Part shown: one piece after another, positions 39,711-55,439 of the stretch
How the letters are laid out: each line of letters starts with the position of its first letter
How positions within the stretch are numbered: the first letter of the stretch is position 1
Assembly: GCA_951406725.2 (NCBI GenBank)
Contig: OX597819.1
Coordinates: 123,876,001-123,940,000 of the forward strand
Source: Octopus vulgaris
Taxonomy: Eukaryota
Reading direction: 5' to 3'
DNA: 64,000 bases
Translations under genes and position numbers: made by a program
Notes under the pieces: model-generated
What the model saw: only the letters and a program-made list of their open reading frames with translations
Told to the model about the DNA's origin: nothing
Databases searched by the model: none

Positions 39711-40015
39711 TGTTTGTTCCTTCTCGAGCCATGCCTGGCTCATAAGGGCCGGTTTCCCAGTTTCCTTGGCGTATAGGTTCCCCACCTGGACGGGACGCCG
39801 GTCCGTCGCGGATGATCTGCAGGATGCAGGAGGAAAGAGTGAGAGAAAGTTGTGGCAAAAGAGTCAGCAGAAGTTTCGCCATTACCTTCTGCCGAAGCCG
39901 CGTGGAGCTTAGGTGTTTCGCTCATAAACACACACATCGCCCGGTCTGAGATTCGAACCCGCGATCCCTCGACCGCGAATCCGCTGCTCAAACCACTAGA
40001 CCATGTGCCTCCACA
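39711..40015 (-). mobile_element. SINE family D
   Basis: Matches 26305-26607. Confidence 0.88.
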
Positions 40016-40899
40016 CAGTTCTTCTGTATCCTGTGGCAATCGACAGTTCTTCTGATTCATCTGATTCTGTTATGTTTATTAGGCTGGAGTATTTCATTCG
40101 CTGTCAGTCGTCAACTGTCTACTTTCCACCCGCATTTTACATTTAATAAATTTCTCTTGGTCATCGAGGATTTTACAATGGAGGTTAACTTCGGTGATAT
40201 TCGAGGAAACTTCGGTGATATTCGACATATAAACAGAAGCTATCACTGGACTCTAGAATGCTTAAAAACATTTGAATGTAACAAATGGAATGCTTACAAA
40301 CATTTGAACGTGTCAAATGAACACGTGTTCAGACGTAAATAGAACCTTGTTGAAATTCATAGTGAAGTGGTATATCAACAGAAAAAGAACATGCAAATTC
40401 AATAAATTTACCGTAACATAAATGAGAAGAAATACATAACAGGGGTAAATCAATTATATTATGTAACTGCGGGGGGAAATAGACATCGACATTATCATAA
40501 AAGGTCTCAATAAACTATGAGAGCAAATATGAGAACGTATAAAGTTGATTATTTGACAAACAATCTTGCAGTTCTGGCCTATAATGTAGTGAAGGTTCAT
40601 CTTCATAACCTAAATAGTGTTTATTTTCCGTTGTGATTTTTGAAAAGCCTGGAATTTTTATTATGCCATCTGCTTTTATTTCTGAGGTTTGCAGTGTAGT
40701 GTAGCTGTTATCATAACTGTTTATTTTAATAATAACCTGCGATGTTTCTAATTACTTACGATTTCCTTTATATCTTTCTGGCATGCATCGATACCATAAT
40801 GATTATTATGTAAACCCTCCGACTTAGCTTGGTATTTCAGTTGACTTTAACGAAATCCCTTCTTGGAATGCTCTGCTGTGTTTAGTTATTATTTCTCAT

Positions 40900-41289
40900 A
40901 GTGGCTGTGTGGTAAGTAGCTTGCTAACCAGCCACATGGTTCCGGGTTCAGTCCCACTGCATGGCATCTTGGGCAAGTGTCTTCTGCTATAGCCCCGGGC
41001 GGACCAATGCCTTGTGAGTGGATTTGGTAGACGGAAACTGAAAGAAGCCTGTCGTATATATGTATATATGTGTATGTATGTGTGTGTTTGTGTGTCTGTG
41101 TTTGTCCGCCTAGCATTGCTTGACAACCGATGCTGGTGTGTTTACGTCCCCGTCACTTAGCGGTTCGGCAAAAGAGACCGATAGAATAAGTACTGGGCTA
41201 ACAAAGAATAAGTCCCGGGGTCGATTTGGTCGACTAAAGGCGGAGCTCCAGCATGGCCGCAATCAAATGACTGAAACAAGTAAAAGAGT
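40900..41289 (+). mobile_element. SINE family B
   Basis: Matches the 8093 family. Confidence 0.9.
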
Positions 41290-41382
41290 ATGCCTATTTA
41301 ATAGTATCTTCTTTTGTATCAGCTTGATCCAAATTAGATTATTTTATTGTGATGACATATTTCCTCTACTGCTTCTGTTATA

Positions 41383-41918
41383 TTGGGTTGTCCGGAAAGT
41401 TCGTGCCGATTTTTAAAGAAAAGAAAAACGTCAATAAATATTTGCCATTACATTTTTAATCAACCAAATATGAACCATTTTGTTGCTAAATGCGTCTCCG
41501 TCTTTCCTTTAACTTAAAAATACCCTCTTCTTGAAACTGAGGTTGTTCCATGGCAAAGAATTCACCAAGGTATCTTTTTACGTCATCCAAGGAATTGAAA
41601 CTTTTACTATTAAGACTATTCTGCAGAGACCTGAATAAGTGGAAATCCGAAGGAGCAATATCTGGTGAATATGGAGGGTGGAGTAACACATCCCAGCCGA
41701 GCTGCAGCAATTTTTGTCTGGTTCCCAAAGCATCAAGTGCCGAAAATGAACTTCCTCATCTTTTATTTTAAAGGGTTCCAGAATTAACACAGGTTATAGG
41801 AACATAAACCTTCTTCCACGAAAAGATAGCTTAATCTGTGCTCTAAATGGAGGTGTAGTTAAATCCTATTTTATGGACTCAACCAATGTTCTAAAATAAG
41901 TCGAAAGTGTAAGCTACT
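41383..41918 (-). mobile_element. Internally deleted mariner, third copy
   Basis: Same TTGGGTTGTCCGG end and HPPYSPDIAPSDFHLF as 27748-28300. Confidence 0.9.
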
Positions 41919-41933
41919 ATAGATCGACATGAA

Positions 41934-42360
<427 letters not shown>

Positions 42361-42654
42361 GCTATATATATAGTAAGAAAAGGGAGGAAGGACATTTCGA
42401 TTATTTGCACGTGGTGAGTTGTAATGTAATAAATCTATATATATATATATCACCGTGATCACCGTGACCGACCAGGCTATGTGACGTTGCTACACATCGC
42501 TGGTCATAATGTGCTTCGCATTATTTTAGCTTTCAAATGACGCCACCCTCGCTGGCTAAGCGAGTAGGCAAACTGAAGAATGAGTGAGAGAAGGTTGTGG
42601 CGAAAAAGTACAGCAAAGATCGCCACCACCCCCCGCCGGATTCTCGTGGAGCTA

Positions 42655-42713
<59 letters not shown>

Positions 42714-42803
42714 GGGGGCAGAGAGAGAGAGAGAGAGCAAAAGAAGGGAAATGAACAGAGTTTACATAATTTCAATATATTTTAACTGAAAATGTATTGA
42801 GGC

Positions 42804-42837
42804 TGTCGACCGGTTTCGCTTTCGCTAATCATAACAC
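42804..42837 (-). ncRNA. Degenerate minimal hammerhead ribozyme
   Basis: Minus strand: TGTT-ATGATTA-GC gaaa GC-GAAA-CCGG-TC-GACA; two substitutions in the CTGATGA core, probably inactive. Confidence 0.5.
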
Positions 42838-42964
42838 TGAAATCATTGTCATTTCCGATCTTAAGAAGATTTTAGTCCATGATCTTGCATGGAATCGGTC
42901 GAATTCCACAATACTCTCTCATTTAAGATATATTAAAACTATGTAGACTATGTGCATTTTCCTT

Positions 42965-43048
<84 letters not shown>

Positions 43049-43178
43049 GTGTTTCTCATCTTATATATTAGACGAAAACGTTGACGAATAGATTCAATTT
43101 TTAAAACTGTATCTGAATTATAATTCAAAACACATTAGTATTTTGTATTATAATACAGATCCATTTATTTCTAACAAA

Positions 43179-43585
43179 TCTTTATATATAAAAGTGAAGT
43201 TGTGTGTCTGTCTACTCCGATTTAGATTCCTAACTACTCCCATATTTTGCGGTGCAGTTTAACCAAAACCGAGTATCTTATAGTCGTGATTCATATCGAG
43301 CCCTTCTGGGTATTAGCGCGCGTCTACGATGAGTCTACGATTTTAAAAATAATTTACCATCATTTTTTCCATTTTAATGCATGTTTTCGCTATTATATAA
43401 GGGAAGTAACTCTCTAAAAATGTCTACGATGAGTCAACGATATAAAAGTACTCCTCAATGCCATAAAGCATACAAACTACAACATTTTTAATGCATTTTT
43501 TTGCTATTTTTTGGCTATAACTCTCTAAAAATGCTTTATAGTTATTTCCCTTACAAACCCGAGCAACGCCGGGCGATACTGCTAG
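43179..43585 (+). mobile_element. Non-autonomous Helitron
   Basis: A|TC start, CCCGAGCAACGCCGGG hairpin, CTAG|T end. Confidence 0.9.
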
Positions 43586-43853
43586 TTTCTTATAAAAATA
43601 TAATATTGTGAAGGACTCACTTATGTATGCCAAAGGGGAAAAGAAGGGAAGAAACTCGAAAGAAGCCCGGTGCGTATTTAAATCCAGTACAACACCATCA
43701 ACACTAGTAAACACCTGGTGACAATACATTACCTGTTTTTAATAGCCTGTAATTTAATAGGATAATAATGACATGTCATTAAATACCAGCTGTCGAGAAT
43801 TGGAAAGAATATTTTTTACTTTTGTATCTAAATTATATAATTTGTCATTTACA

Positions 43854-44026
43854 GGCGCAGGAGTGGCTGTGTGGTAAGTAGCTTGTTTACCAGCCACATG
43901 GTTCCGGGTTCAGTCCCACTGCGCGTGGCACCTTGGGCAAGTGTCTTCTGCTATAGCCTCGGGCCGACCAAAGCCTTGTGAGTGGATTTGGTAGACGGAA
44001 ACTGAAAGAAGCCCGTCGTATATATG

Positions 44027-44104
<78 letters not shown>

Positions 44105-44315
44105 TGTGTCTGTGTTTGTCCCCCTGGCATTGCTTGACAAACGATGCTGGTGTGTTTATGTCCCCGTCACTTAGCGGTTCGGTAAAAAGAGACCGATAGA
44201 ATAAGTACTGGGCTTACAAAGAATAAGTCCCGGGGTCGAGTTGCTCGATTAAAGGCAGTGCTCCAGCATGGCCGCAGTCAAATGACTGAAACAAGTAAAA
44301 GAGAGTAAAAGAGAG
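43854..44315 (+). mobile_element. SINE family B, full length
   Basis: Matches the 8093 family. Confidence 0.92.
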
Positions 44316-44507
44316 TATGAATAGTCACTTACGTGAATAGTTACATCAGGCGTTGATCCCATTCGGTTCTCTGAGCATTAAACAATTCTTTCTGTCACTT
44401 TAGGTTTTATCTTTTTTCTGTAATTATAAACGACAAAAAGACATAAGTCATTCTTTTCCTCCAAAAACAGGTTTGCACCATAACAAATGTTATTGTAGAT
44501 AGCTAGG

Positions 44508-46367
<1,860 letters not shown>

Positions 46368-46979
46368 TACAGGCGGCGCTAGTTGTTTGACGACACGTTT
46401 TTCAAGTGCTTTCATTTCCTCTCAGTTATTTGTTTTTAACCTTGCCTTTCAGATAAGTAATGTCGGACAGCGGGATGTCTGAGCAAATGAAATGACACTC
46501 TGTAATTGCTGCATTAAAAACGCAGCAGAGTGATACATTAATTGCTCGCTTACTGAAAGTTACCCGATCCTTCGTTGTTGAAGTCGGTGTTCTTGGCCAA
46601 GAGATAATTGAATATTCAGGTAGAATTGAAGTCCAAGTACTACTGTGTTGGGAGACATTTTACAAGGATAAGCAAGAGGAACTTCTTACTTCTCTTCCAA
46701 CCTGTCGTCACCAGAATATGCTATGTCAATTATCAGGCAACGTTTTTTTCACAGCCATCGGAGTGCGGAGTGCGCCTCACGACCGCAGCTCCGTGAGATG
46801 GTTGTGATCTGTAAACGGTTTTGAGTAGGAAGAGGAAAGAGAAGTATGAACACGCAATGTGCATGTGCACACTGGATTTGTAAAAGGGAAGAGAAGCATA
46901 AAAACGTAATGCGCATGTCACGTTTCACTTTACCTCGCTGTTTTAATCATGCAGATATCACCATGTTTCTATACCAATA

Positions 46980-47948
46980 TCTTTACTACCCACAAGGGGC
47001 TGAACACAGCAGAGAGGACAAACAAGGACAGACAAACGGATTAAGTCGATTGCATCGACACCAGTGCGTAACTGGTACTTAATTTATCGACCCCGAAAGG
47101 ATGAAAGGCAAAGTCGCCCTCGGCGGAATTTGAACTCAGAACGTAAAGGCAGACGAAATACCTATTTCTTTACTACCCACAAGGGGCTGAACACAGCAGA
47201 GAGGACAAACAAGGACAGACAAACGGATTAAGTCGATTGCATCGACACCAGTGCGTAACTGGTACTTAATTTATCGACCCCGGAAGGATGACAAGCAAAG
47301 TCGACCTCGGCGGAATTTGAACTCAGAACGTAGCAGCAGACGAAATACCTATTTCTTTACTACCCACAAGGGGCTAAACACAGAGAGGACAAACAAGGAC
47401 AGACAAACGGATTAAGTCGATTGCATCGACACCAGTGCGTAACTGGTACTTAATTTATCGACCCCGAAAGGATGAAAGGCAAAGTCGCCCTCGGCGGAAT
47501 TTGAACTCAGAACGTAAAGGCAGACGAAATACCTATTTCTTTACTACCCACAAGGGGCTAAACACAGAGGGGACAAACAAGGACAGACAATCGGATTAAG
47601 TCGATTGCATCGGCTCCAGTGCGTAACTGGTACTTAATTTATCGACCCCGAAAGGATGAAAGGCAAAGTCGCCCTCGGCGGAATTTGAACTCAGAACGTA
47701 AAGGCAGACGAAATACCTATTTCTTTACTACCCACAAGGGGCTAAACACAGAGGGGACAAACAAGGACAGACAATCGGATTAAGTCGATTGCATCGACTC
47801 CAGTGCGTAACTGGTACTTAATTTATCGACCCCGAAAGGATGAAAGGCAAAGTCGCCCTCGGTGGAATTTGAACTCAGAACGTAACGGCAGACGAAATAC
47901 GGCTACGCATTTCGCCCGGCGTGCTAACGGTTCTGCCAGCTCGACGCC
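46980..47948 (-). repeat. SINE A head with five tandem ~180-bp body units
   Basis: Same architecture as 17391-18309; ccatgtttctata on both flanks. Confidence 0.93.
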
Positions 47949-48654
47949 TTTCTGCCAGCTCGCCATGTTTCTATATCTGCTGACGCACAGACAAAACCTC
48001 TTCATGCAGTTTGTCGCAATCTTCTTATTTTCTGTTCTGTTCATTCTGTTCAATGTTAGGTTTTCGCTGCATCCCACAACACCTTGATATCTTCATTCTC
48101 CCAAACTCCAGGAATTTGGTCATACCACGTCTTTGATCATGGTTTCCAAAAAGGTCCCAACGGATCATTCTTGCAACATTGTCATGTCACCTTTAGTATT
48201 CACGCTGTGACACACATTTCGGACACACATTTACAATGTGTCACACTGCATCACCTTTTCCACACTTTAACCGTACATTCTGAATTTGTCGCTCTACATA
48301 GTTTTCTCAAAGCAGTTACCAGCAGGCAGCTACAGAGTATCGAACCCTGCACCAGTCAGGTACCTGCTGACCTCTTTGTGCCTAAGAGTAGGCAACTATT
48401 AACAAAGTCATGAGAACAAATTGACCTCTATATCCATTTGCATGATATACACCGTGACACATTTTATTTTTATATCGAGGTTATTAATGAATATAAATTT
48501 CCTTCGGTTCGGAAATGGAAAAATGATAGAAAGTAGAAAATAATTCTCTTGAATTTGGAAAAAAAACTGTCCCCGAAGAGATGACGAAAGTGAGAAAAAT
48601 TCTCATGATATTTTGTGGGGTTTCAATGGTTTTATGTAATTCCTACCTACCTAC

Positions 48655-48887
48655 CTATTTCTTTACTACCCACAAGGGGATAAACACAGAAGGGACAAAC
48701 AAGGACAGACAAACGGATTAAGTCGATTATATCGACCCCAGTGCGTAACTGGCACACAATTTATCGACCCCGAAAGGATGAAAGGCAAAATCGACCTCGG
48801 CGAAATTTGAACTCAGAACGTAACGGCAGACGAAATACCGCTAAGCATTTCGCCCGGTGTGCTAACGTTTCTGCCAGTTCACTGCCT
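48655..48887 (-). mobile_element. SINE A inserted in a (CCTA)n tract
   Basis: Family match; cctacctacc on both flanks. Confidence 0.9.
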
Positions 48888-49579
48888 TAACCCTACCTAC
48901 CTACCTACCTACCTTCCCATCTACCCACCTACATACCTAACACCTCCACACACACTTAATTACATTCCTTCCTTCCTTCCCACCTATCTACATTCATACC
49001 TACCTACCTGCTTACATATATACATATATGTATGCATACATACATCAAGAGATTCTAAAACCCACCCTCAACTTAATCTTTAAGCGGCAAAATAAAAACT
49101 TGTAAGACATTTCAAAGACTCTCCGTGAGAGATCTGTGATTGAACATATGCACACACACTTAGTTGTAGGCATTTACAAGTATACACATCTAAAGAGCAA
49201 TGATGCACACACACACACACAATGCACGCTCAGTCACCAAACAAGGCTATTTCTGTGTCACATGTACTAGATAACCCATAGCTGGGATCCTACTACTCAG
49301 GGTCAAAGGAGACCCGAGAATGATAGTGTCTCAGACGTGGTTTAACACTCCTCGAAACCTCGGAATTTCCCATACTGAACTCCACTGCCGGATACAGTTT
49401 TAGGCTTGCCTAGGCCATACAAGAACGCAAACATACATACATAACAGCAGCTACAACTGCAAGAACAACAGCAGAAGCAACAAAAGCAACAACAGCTGCA
49501 GATGCAACTGCAAAAGACCAACAGCAACAAATGAGGCGGCGAGCTGGCAGAATTGTTAACACACTGGACGAAATGCTTA

Positions 49580-51364
49580 TCGGTATTTCGCCCGACTAAC
49601 TGTAGAGAAAGGCGCAGAGAAGTAAGAACAAGAAATCTCGCTAAGGTGGAACAAAACCAAGGTACAACATTACAAGAAAGGTCAGAAAAGTGTGAAAAAA
49701 TAGTAAAAAAAAAAGGAATAGAATGAATAAAGAAAATTGAATATAAAGATTGCGCCCAAGTGAACCAAGTGCGAAATAGGCAGAACAGAAATCAAGTGTG
49801 AACTAAAATACAGAACAAACAGGACAAATAAAAAACAATGCTTTAAATATGGAGGTCTACACCTGAAGAAAACCTGTCCATTTAAGAAAGCAGAATGCTT
49901 CTGTTAGGGAAAAACTGGACACCTAAAAGCGCAGCGCAAAACCAAGATGACAAAAGTTGGAACAAAGGAAAAATAAACAGCATGTCGTCGAAAGAAAACA
50001 GTAATATATCAAAGAGAAAATTCGTAAATGTGAAAATTAAATTATAAGAGTAAAAATGCAGTTAGACACTGTTAAGTGATATTACTATTGTGAACAAAAA
50101 TTCTTGGAAGTAAATTGGTAAGATGAAATTAAGTAAATCTACAAAAGTAGCATTCGGTGTTACAGGTAAAAGAGTGCATTTTGTCGGTGAATTTGTCTGT
50201 AATGTAACAGGTCGTGACCAAATGAAAACGGCAAAAATATATGTGCTAAAAAATTCAGTTAATCTATTCGGCTCAGCGTGGACAGAACTATTTAAATTGC
50301 TACGAGGCAAGTAAAGAAAAATTGCAAAGGAGAATATAGCAAGACTTTTGAAAATGGGTGAAACGGTGTTTGTGAGGGCATATAAGAATGGAAAATAGAT
50401 TTGAGAAGAATGAGTGATTACCAAACGCATAGGAAATATGCTATACTTGGTAAAAAGTGGAAATGGAAGCACTCCGTCGGTTACGACGATGAGGGTTCCG
50501 GTTGATCCGAATCAACGGAACAGCCTGCTCGTGAAATTAACGTGTAAGTGACTGAGCACTCCACAGACACGTGTACCCTTAACGTAGTTCTCGGGGATAT
50601 TCAGCGTGACATAGAGAGTGACAAGGCCGGCCCTTTGAAATACAGGTACAACAGAAACAGGAAGTAAGAGTGAGAGAAAGTTGTGGTGAAAGAGTACAGC
50701 AGGGATCACCACCATCCCCTGCCGGAGCCTCATGGAGCTTTAGGTGTTTTCGCTCAATAAACACTCACAACGCCCGGTCTGGAAACCGAAACCGCGATCC
50801 TACGACCGCGAGTCCGCTGCCGTAACCACTGGGCCATTGCGCCTCCAAAAAGTGGAAAAGGTACATACAAGTGACACATGGACCAACTGAAAAAAGATTC
50901 GTTGACATCGAGCCCAAGAGAATGGAAGGACGAATGGAATGGCCATATGATATTTTTCAAGTACCAACGCCACTACAAGAGATTGAACTCAGGCGCGTAA
51001 GCGTAAAAAAAAAGAAAATATTCGGAGTTCCTGGAAGGCGATGCCAAACGGTAAAAATATTAAATGTGTAACTAAGAAAAAAAAACCTCAAAAAAGGAGG
51101 TGGGGATGATATAGAAAGTATTGTTATTAAAAGAAATAAAATGACACGCCTCACAAAAAAAGAAAAATTTTAAAGGAGAGATGTTGTGGGTAAATTGTAA
51201 TAATAGTACACCACTCCCATGTGACGAGTGGTATGTGATAGTCGCTATAAATAAGGTGACGTCGGTCAGTTTAGGTTGAGAACACAAAGTAGACGGTCAT
51301 AGATAGTCATGGTCTTTACTTGTCTTACTAACTATACTGCTATACCAGAGTCGGCGTTATAACA
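49580..51364 (+). mobile_element. Decayed, internally deleted Gypsy-type LTR retrotransposon with 3' LTR at 51182-51364; SINE C inserted at 50464-50827
   Basis: Gag knuckle remnants (CFKYGGLH..TCPF...CFC.GKTGH), protease-like QLDT, polypurine tract AAAGGAGAGA followed by TGTTG...TAACA. Confidence 0.75.
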
Positions 51365-52129
51365 ATCCCACATTAAGGATTACAAGAATTTGAAAATCAA
51401 AGAGAAGGAAGATAATTAATCGATATCCGAATTATAAACTCACATTTATATAAAAAATAATTGGAGCATTCGGTTTTGTAAGTAAATGGCTAACAATCAG
51501 AATGGATGGGCTTGAATTTTTCAGAAAAAATATCAACTTACTTATTCGAACATTACAAATACAATCTGTAAGCGGGACCGTAAAATGATGCAAGACATTT
51601 CTCTGGTTTAAAATGTGACGTTGTTTTCTTCTTCACTTGCATTCGAAAGATGGATCTTTGTTAGGAAGCAGCCCCTTCTCCGGGGGGAGAATTTAAATGA
51701 GTAGATACAGAGGAGACAAACATACATACATGCAAAAATGGATATAGGTTATGTAACAACATATTTGTATTAAGATCTAGAAATCTTGGAGTTACCCAAG
51801 TAAGAACATATTAAACTGAATAAAATTCTACATATAGAATTGATAAAATGTACAGACAAAATTTGTAATAAATTCTTGGAATTTTACATTTGAGGAATTC
51901 TGAACTGATCACGTTCACGCGACCCCATATGTCATACACGTGTATGACATATATACAAACGTACAAACAAACAAGCAAGCAAACAATAATGAGGTATACA
52001 CTCTTGCGTCAGAAAGTGACATTCACATCGAAAACATTCACGCTTTCTTAACAATGAACATATTTAGAAATCCGAGGAGCAGCTTGCTTGAAAGTGACTC
52101 TTAAAGAAATTGGAATATATAATCTTGAG

Positions 52130-52870
52130 AATCCTTTAATCATACATAAGCAATGATTACGCCGGTAGTAGCATGAACGGGGCCGAACGCTTGGCATGAG
52201 CAAATCAGTTGATCGTTATCGATTTTGGATATGGTTTTGGTTATGTAGGTCTTGAGGAATTACATGTGATTTGGGGTTGTTGGTCGTCCTCTCTCTCTCG
52301 ACCACGACTCATATGTAATAGTTAAGTGGATTGAAGCCTGGTGAGCTAGGAGGTCATGTGCCCGGGATATCACGATCATGGACATTGGTACGCATCCAGG
52401 CCTTGTTTCTCATTGCCTTAAAAGACGATGCGGGAAGTTGTTGGTGCACGTACACTTTTTGTTGCATTCTCTGTCTATCCAGGGCCTCCCAACATTCTTC
52501 AACACCTCTGTCTAGATAACTCGTAAGCCCTGTGAAAAATAACACCGAGGAAGATTGTCTTCTCCGTCGTTGCTGAGGACTCCTAAAACCATCGCAGTTG
52601 CTGGGAACTTAGGGTGAATGACCGTTGGAACTTCATTTAGGCCTCTGCATAAATATCTACCTTCCTTCGGTTTACCGATTGGATCTGATCGAAGTTTTTA
52701 TAATTGGAGAAAAAGGAAAACATTTCAGGCCCTTGTGGTTTTAAGTAGTTTAGCAAGCACTTTGATTCTCTTGTACTCTATTTGACATAAACGTATCCCT
52801 CCACATCACATACGATTTGTACTGTATGTCCTCACGCAGGAAGTCTTTTAGAAGAAAATTAAAGCTCTTG
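52130..52870 (-). mobile_element. Decayed Tc1/mariner (maT-like) transposase fragment
   Basis: SKFPATAMVLGVLSNDG, VYVHQQ..ASS and PPSSPGFNPLNYYI remnants; a possibly related 5' piece lies at ~46369-46600. Confidence 0.7.
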
Positions 52871-53454
52871 AAAGATGTGTTGTCAAAAGAACTGACGCAT
52901 CCTATATATATATGTATGTATATTTATATCTATCTATCTGCCTTTCTATCTATCTATGTAGCTATCTATCAGCGATATTTTCCATTACGGTGTGTAGATG
53001 GCGGAAAAAATTTTAGGAGAAAAAATAACGCACGTCTTTTATTCGATTATAAAAACAGAAAAGGTTGAAGCAAAATGCGAGAGAAAGGAGCATTTAATAC
53101 ATTGATAATCAAATGTAATTAAGTGACTAATGATATAATTCCAGTGCAGAAGTAGAAACCATTCTTTCCACTTCTCTACAAGCCATAAAAGAATCCTTCA
53201 CCTCACAGCTGGCATTTTATGGCATGTCGTTATTACCCCATTAAAGTATGGAATAATAAAAACCGAGATATATTGTCACCAACTGTTTACTAATACTGAC
53301 GTCGTTAAATTTGATATAAATACGCAGCCGTTTTGTATTCGTCATTCTTTCAAGTTCTTTTGGTGCTTTCTTCTTTTGACATACGTAAGTGAACCTTTTG
53401 CGATACTTTTCTTTTCTCAAGAAATTCGTAAGAAATATTTACATTACTGTTTTG

Positions 53455-54220
53455 GGATCTTTTCGGTTTGAATGGCAGTTTTTAACATAATTTCTAGGTA
53501 ACTAAGCACTTTTAAACTTCGTATACTGGTAGAATGTGTTTATAAAACATCTTTTTCTCTTGGCTTTATTGAGAAAATTCTATAGTTTGTAAGATATTGT
53601 TGTTTTTGTTCAATTTCTGCAATTTCAACCAATCAATCACGTCTATTGAGGTGAAAACATTCCGTATGAATATGTCCCTCGTTTAAGAAACAGATTGGGT
53701 TTATTTACATTTCTGAAAAAAAAAGACACCCTACCCCCCACCCTAACCCTAACTAACCCTAACTCTAACCCTAACCCTAAAACAGACTGAAATGCAATAG
53801 ATCGATACTAAGGTCATAATTATGGGTGATAATTTCATATGACACCGCTAGAAAAAAACTGCCGTTCAAACCGAAAGGATCCATTATTTTAAAAAACTGC
53901 CGTTCAAACCGAAAAGATCCATTATTTTAAAATAATGCCGTTCAAACCGAAAAGATCCATTATTTTAAAATACTGCCTTTCAAACCGAAAAGATCCATTA
54001 TTTTAAAAACTGCCGTTCAAACCGAAAAGATCCATTATTTTAAAATAATGCCGTTCAAACCGAAAAGATCCATTATTTTAAAATACTGCCTTTCAAACCG
54101 AAAGGATCCATTATTTTAAAAAACTGCCGTTCAAACCGAAAAGATCCATTATTTTTAAAAACTGCCGTTCAAACCGAAAAGATCCATTATTTTAAAAAAA
54201 ACTGCCGTTCAAACCGATCC
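53455..54220. mobile_element. Merlin-like MITE whose right TIR is amplified ~10 times in tandem
   Basis: TIR GGATCTTTTCGGTTTGAA(T/C)GGCAGTTTTT, 8-bp TSD CTGTTTTG (53447-53454 and 54221-54228), internal CCCTAA repeats. Confidence 0.85.
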
Positions 54221-54509
54221 CTGTTTTGAATTATAGCTTAGATATTGTTTCAAAAAAGACATTATTCGTAATTTTTTTTTTTTTTTTTTGTTATAAACGG
54301 GTTATTCAATATTATGTTGTGTCTGCGGAGATTCATATTCTCTTAATGCCTTATTAATTAACACACGCACTGGTTCGATTTCCACTCATTTATTATATTT
54401 TTGCTTCTAAAATTTTCGGTGCTTTGGCAAACCGTTATTGGAGCTGCGTCGTTTTATTGTTTGTTTGTGTGTGTCAGTGTTTGTACGTGCTTCTGTATAC
54501 ACATATATA

Positions 54510-54807
54510 TCACGTGATCACGTGACCGACCAGACCATCAGATGTAGTTACACATCGCTGGTCACAATGCGTTCGCATTGTTTTAGCCTTCGAATGACGC
54601 CACCCCGCTGGCTAAGCGAGCAGGCCAACAGAAGAAAGAGTGGGAGAAAGAGTACAGCAGGGATCACCACTACACCCTGCCGGAGCCTCGTGGAGCTTTT
54701 TAGGTGTTTTTGCTCAATAAACACTCACAACGCCTGGTCTGGGAATCGAAACCGCGATCCTGCGACCGCGAGTCCGCTGCCCTAACCACTGGGCCATTGC
54801 GCCTCCA
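54510..54807 (-). mobile_element. SINE C head with an alternative tail
   Basis: Head matches family C; tail shared with 42450-42652. Confidence 0.85.
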
Positions 54808-55255
54808 CGCACATATATATGTGCATGTATGTATCTATGTACATATGTACGTAAGTATGCGTGTGTGCACTTATGTATGTATTCTGCATATTCATGTGTT
54901 TGTGTGTGCATGTTTGTGTGTTTGTATGCATGTGTGGTGCGCATGTCTGTTTGTGTACCTCTGTCTCCCTGTGTGTGCGTGTTTGAGTGTGTCTATGTGT
55001 ATGAATGTGTGTGTGGAGTGAGTGTGTATGTGTGTGTGTGTGTGTGTGTGTGCTTGTGTCTCTGCATTAAATATGTACCATCGCTTGACAACCGATGTTG
55101 CTGTGTTTACGTCCCTGTGAATTAGCGGTTCGCTAAAAGAGACGGATAGAATAAGTACTAGGCTTACAACGAATAAGTCGTGGGGACGATTTGTTCGACT
55201 AAACGTGGTTTTCAGCATGACCGCAGTGAAATGACTGAATCAAATAGAATAAATG

Positions 55256-55297
<42 letters not shown>

Positions 55298-55324
55298 CGT
55301 AGGAGTGGTTGTGTGGTAAGTAGC

Positions 55325-55369
<45 letters not shown>

Positions 55370-55439
55370 GGGAATATAACTCCAAACTTACAGGGAAAAA
55401 TTCAATTTAGTATTAAATCAAATTCACAATATAAATATA

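Noticed and set aside
53851-54220. CRISPR-like array of ~30-bp repeats
   Set aside because: Spacers are an identical 8-mer, the repeat is the MITE TIR, the context is eukaryotic and there are no cas genes
54400-54446. Hammerhead-like GGTTGC caaa GCACC-GAAA-ATTT-TA on the minus strand
   Set aside because: The CUGANGA core is unrecognisable; at most a dead relic
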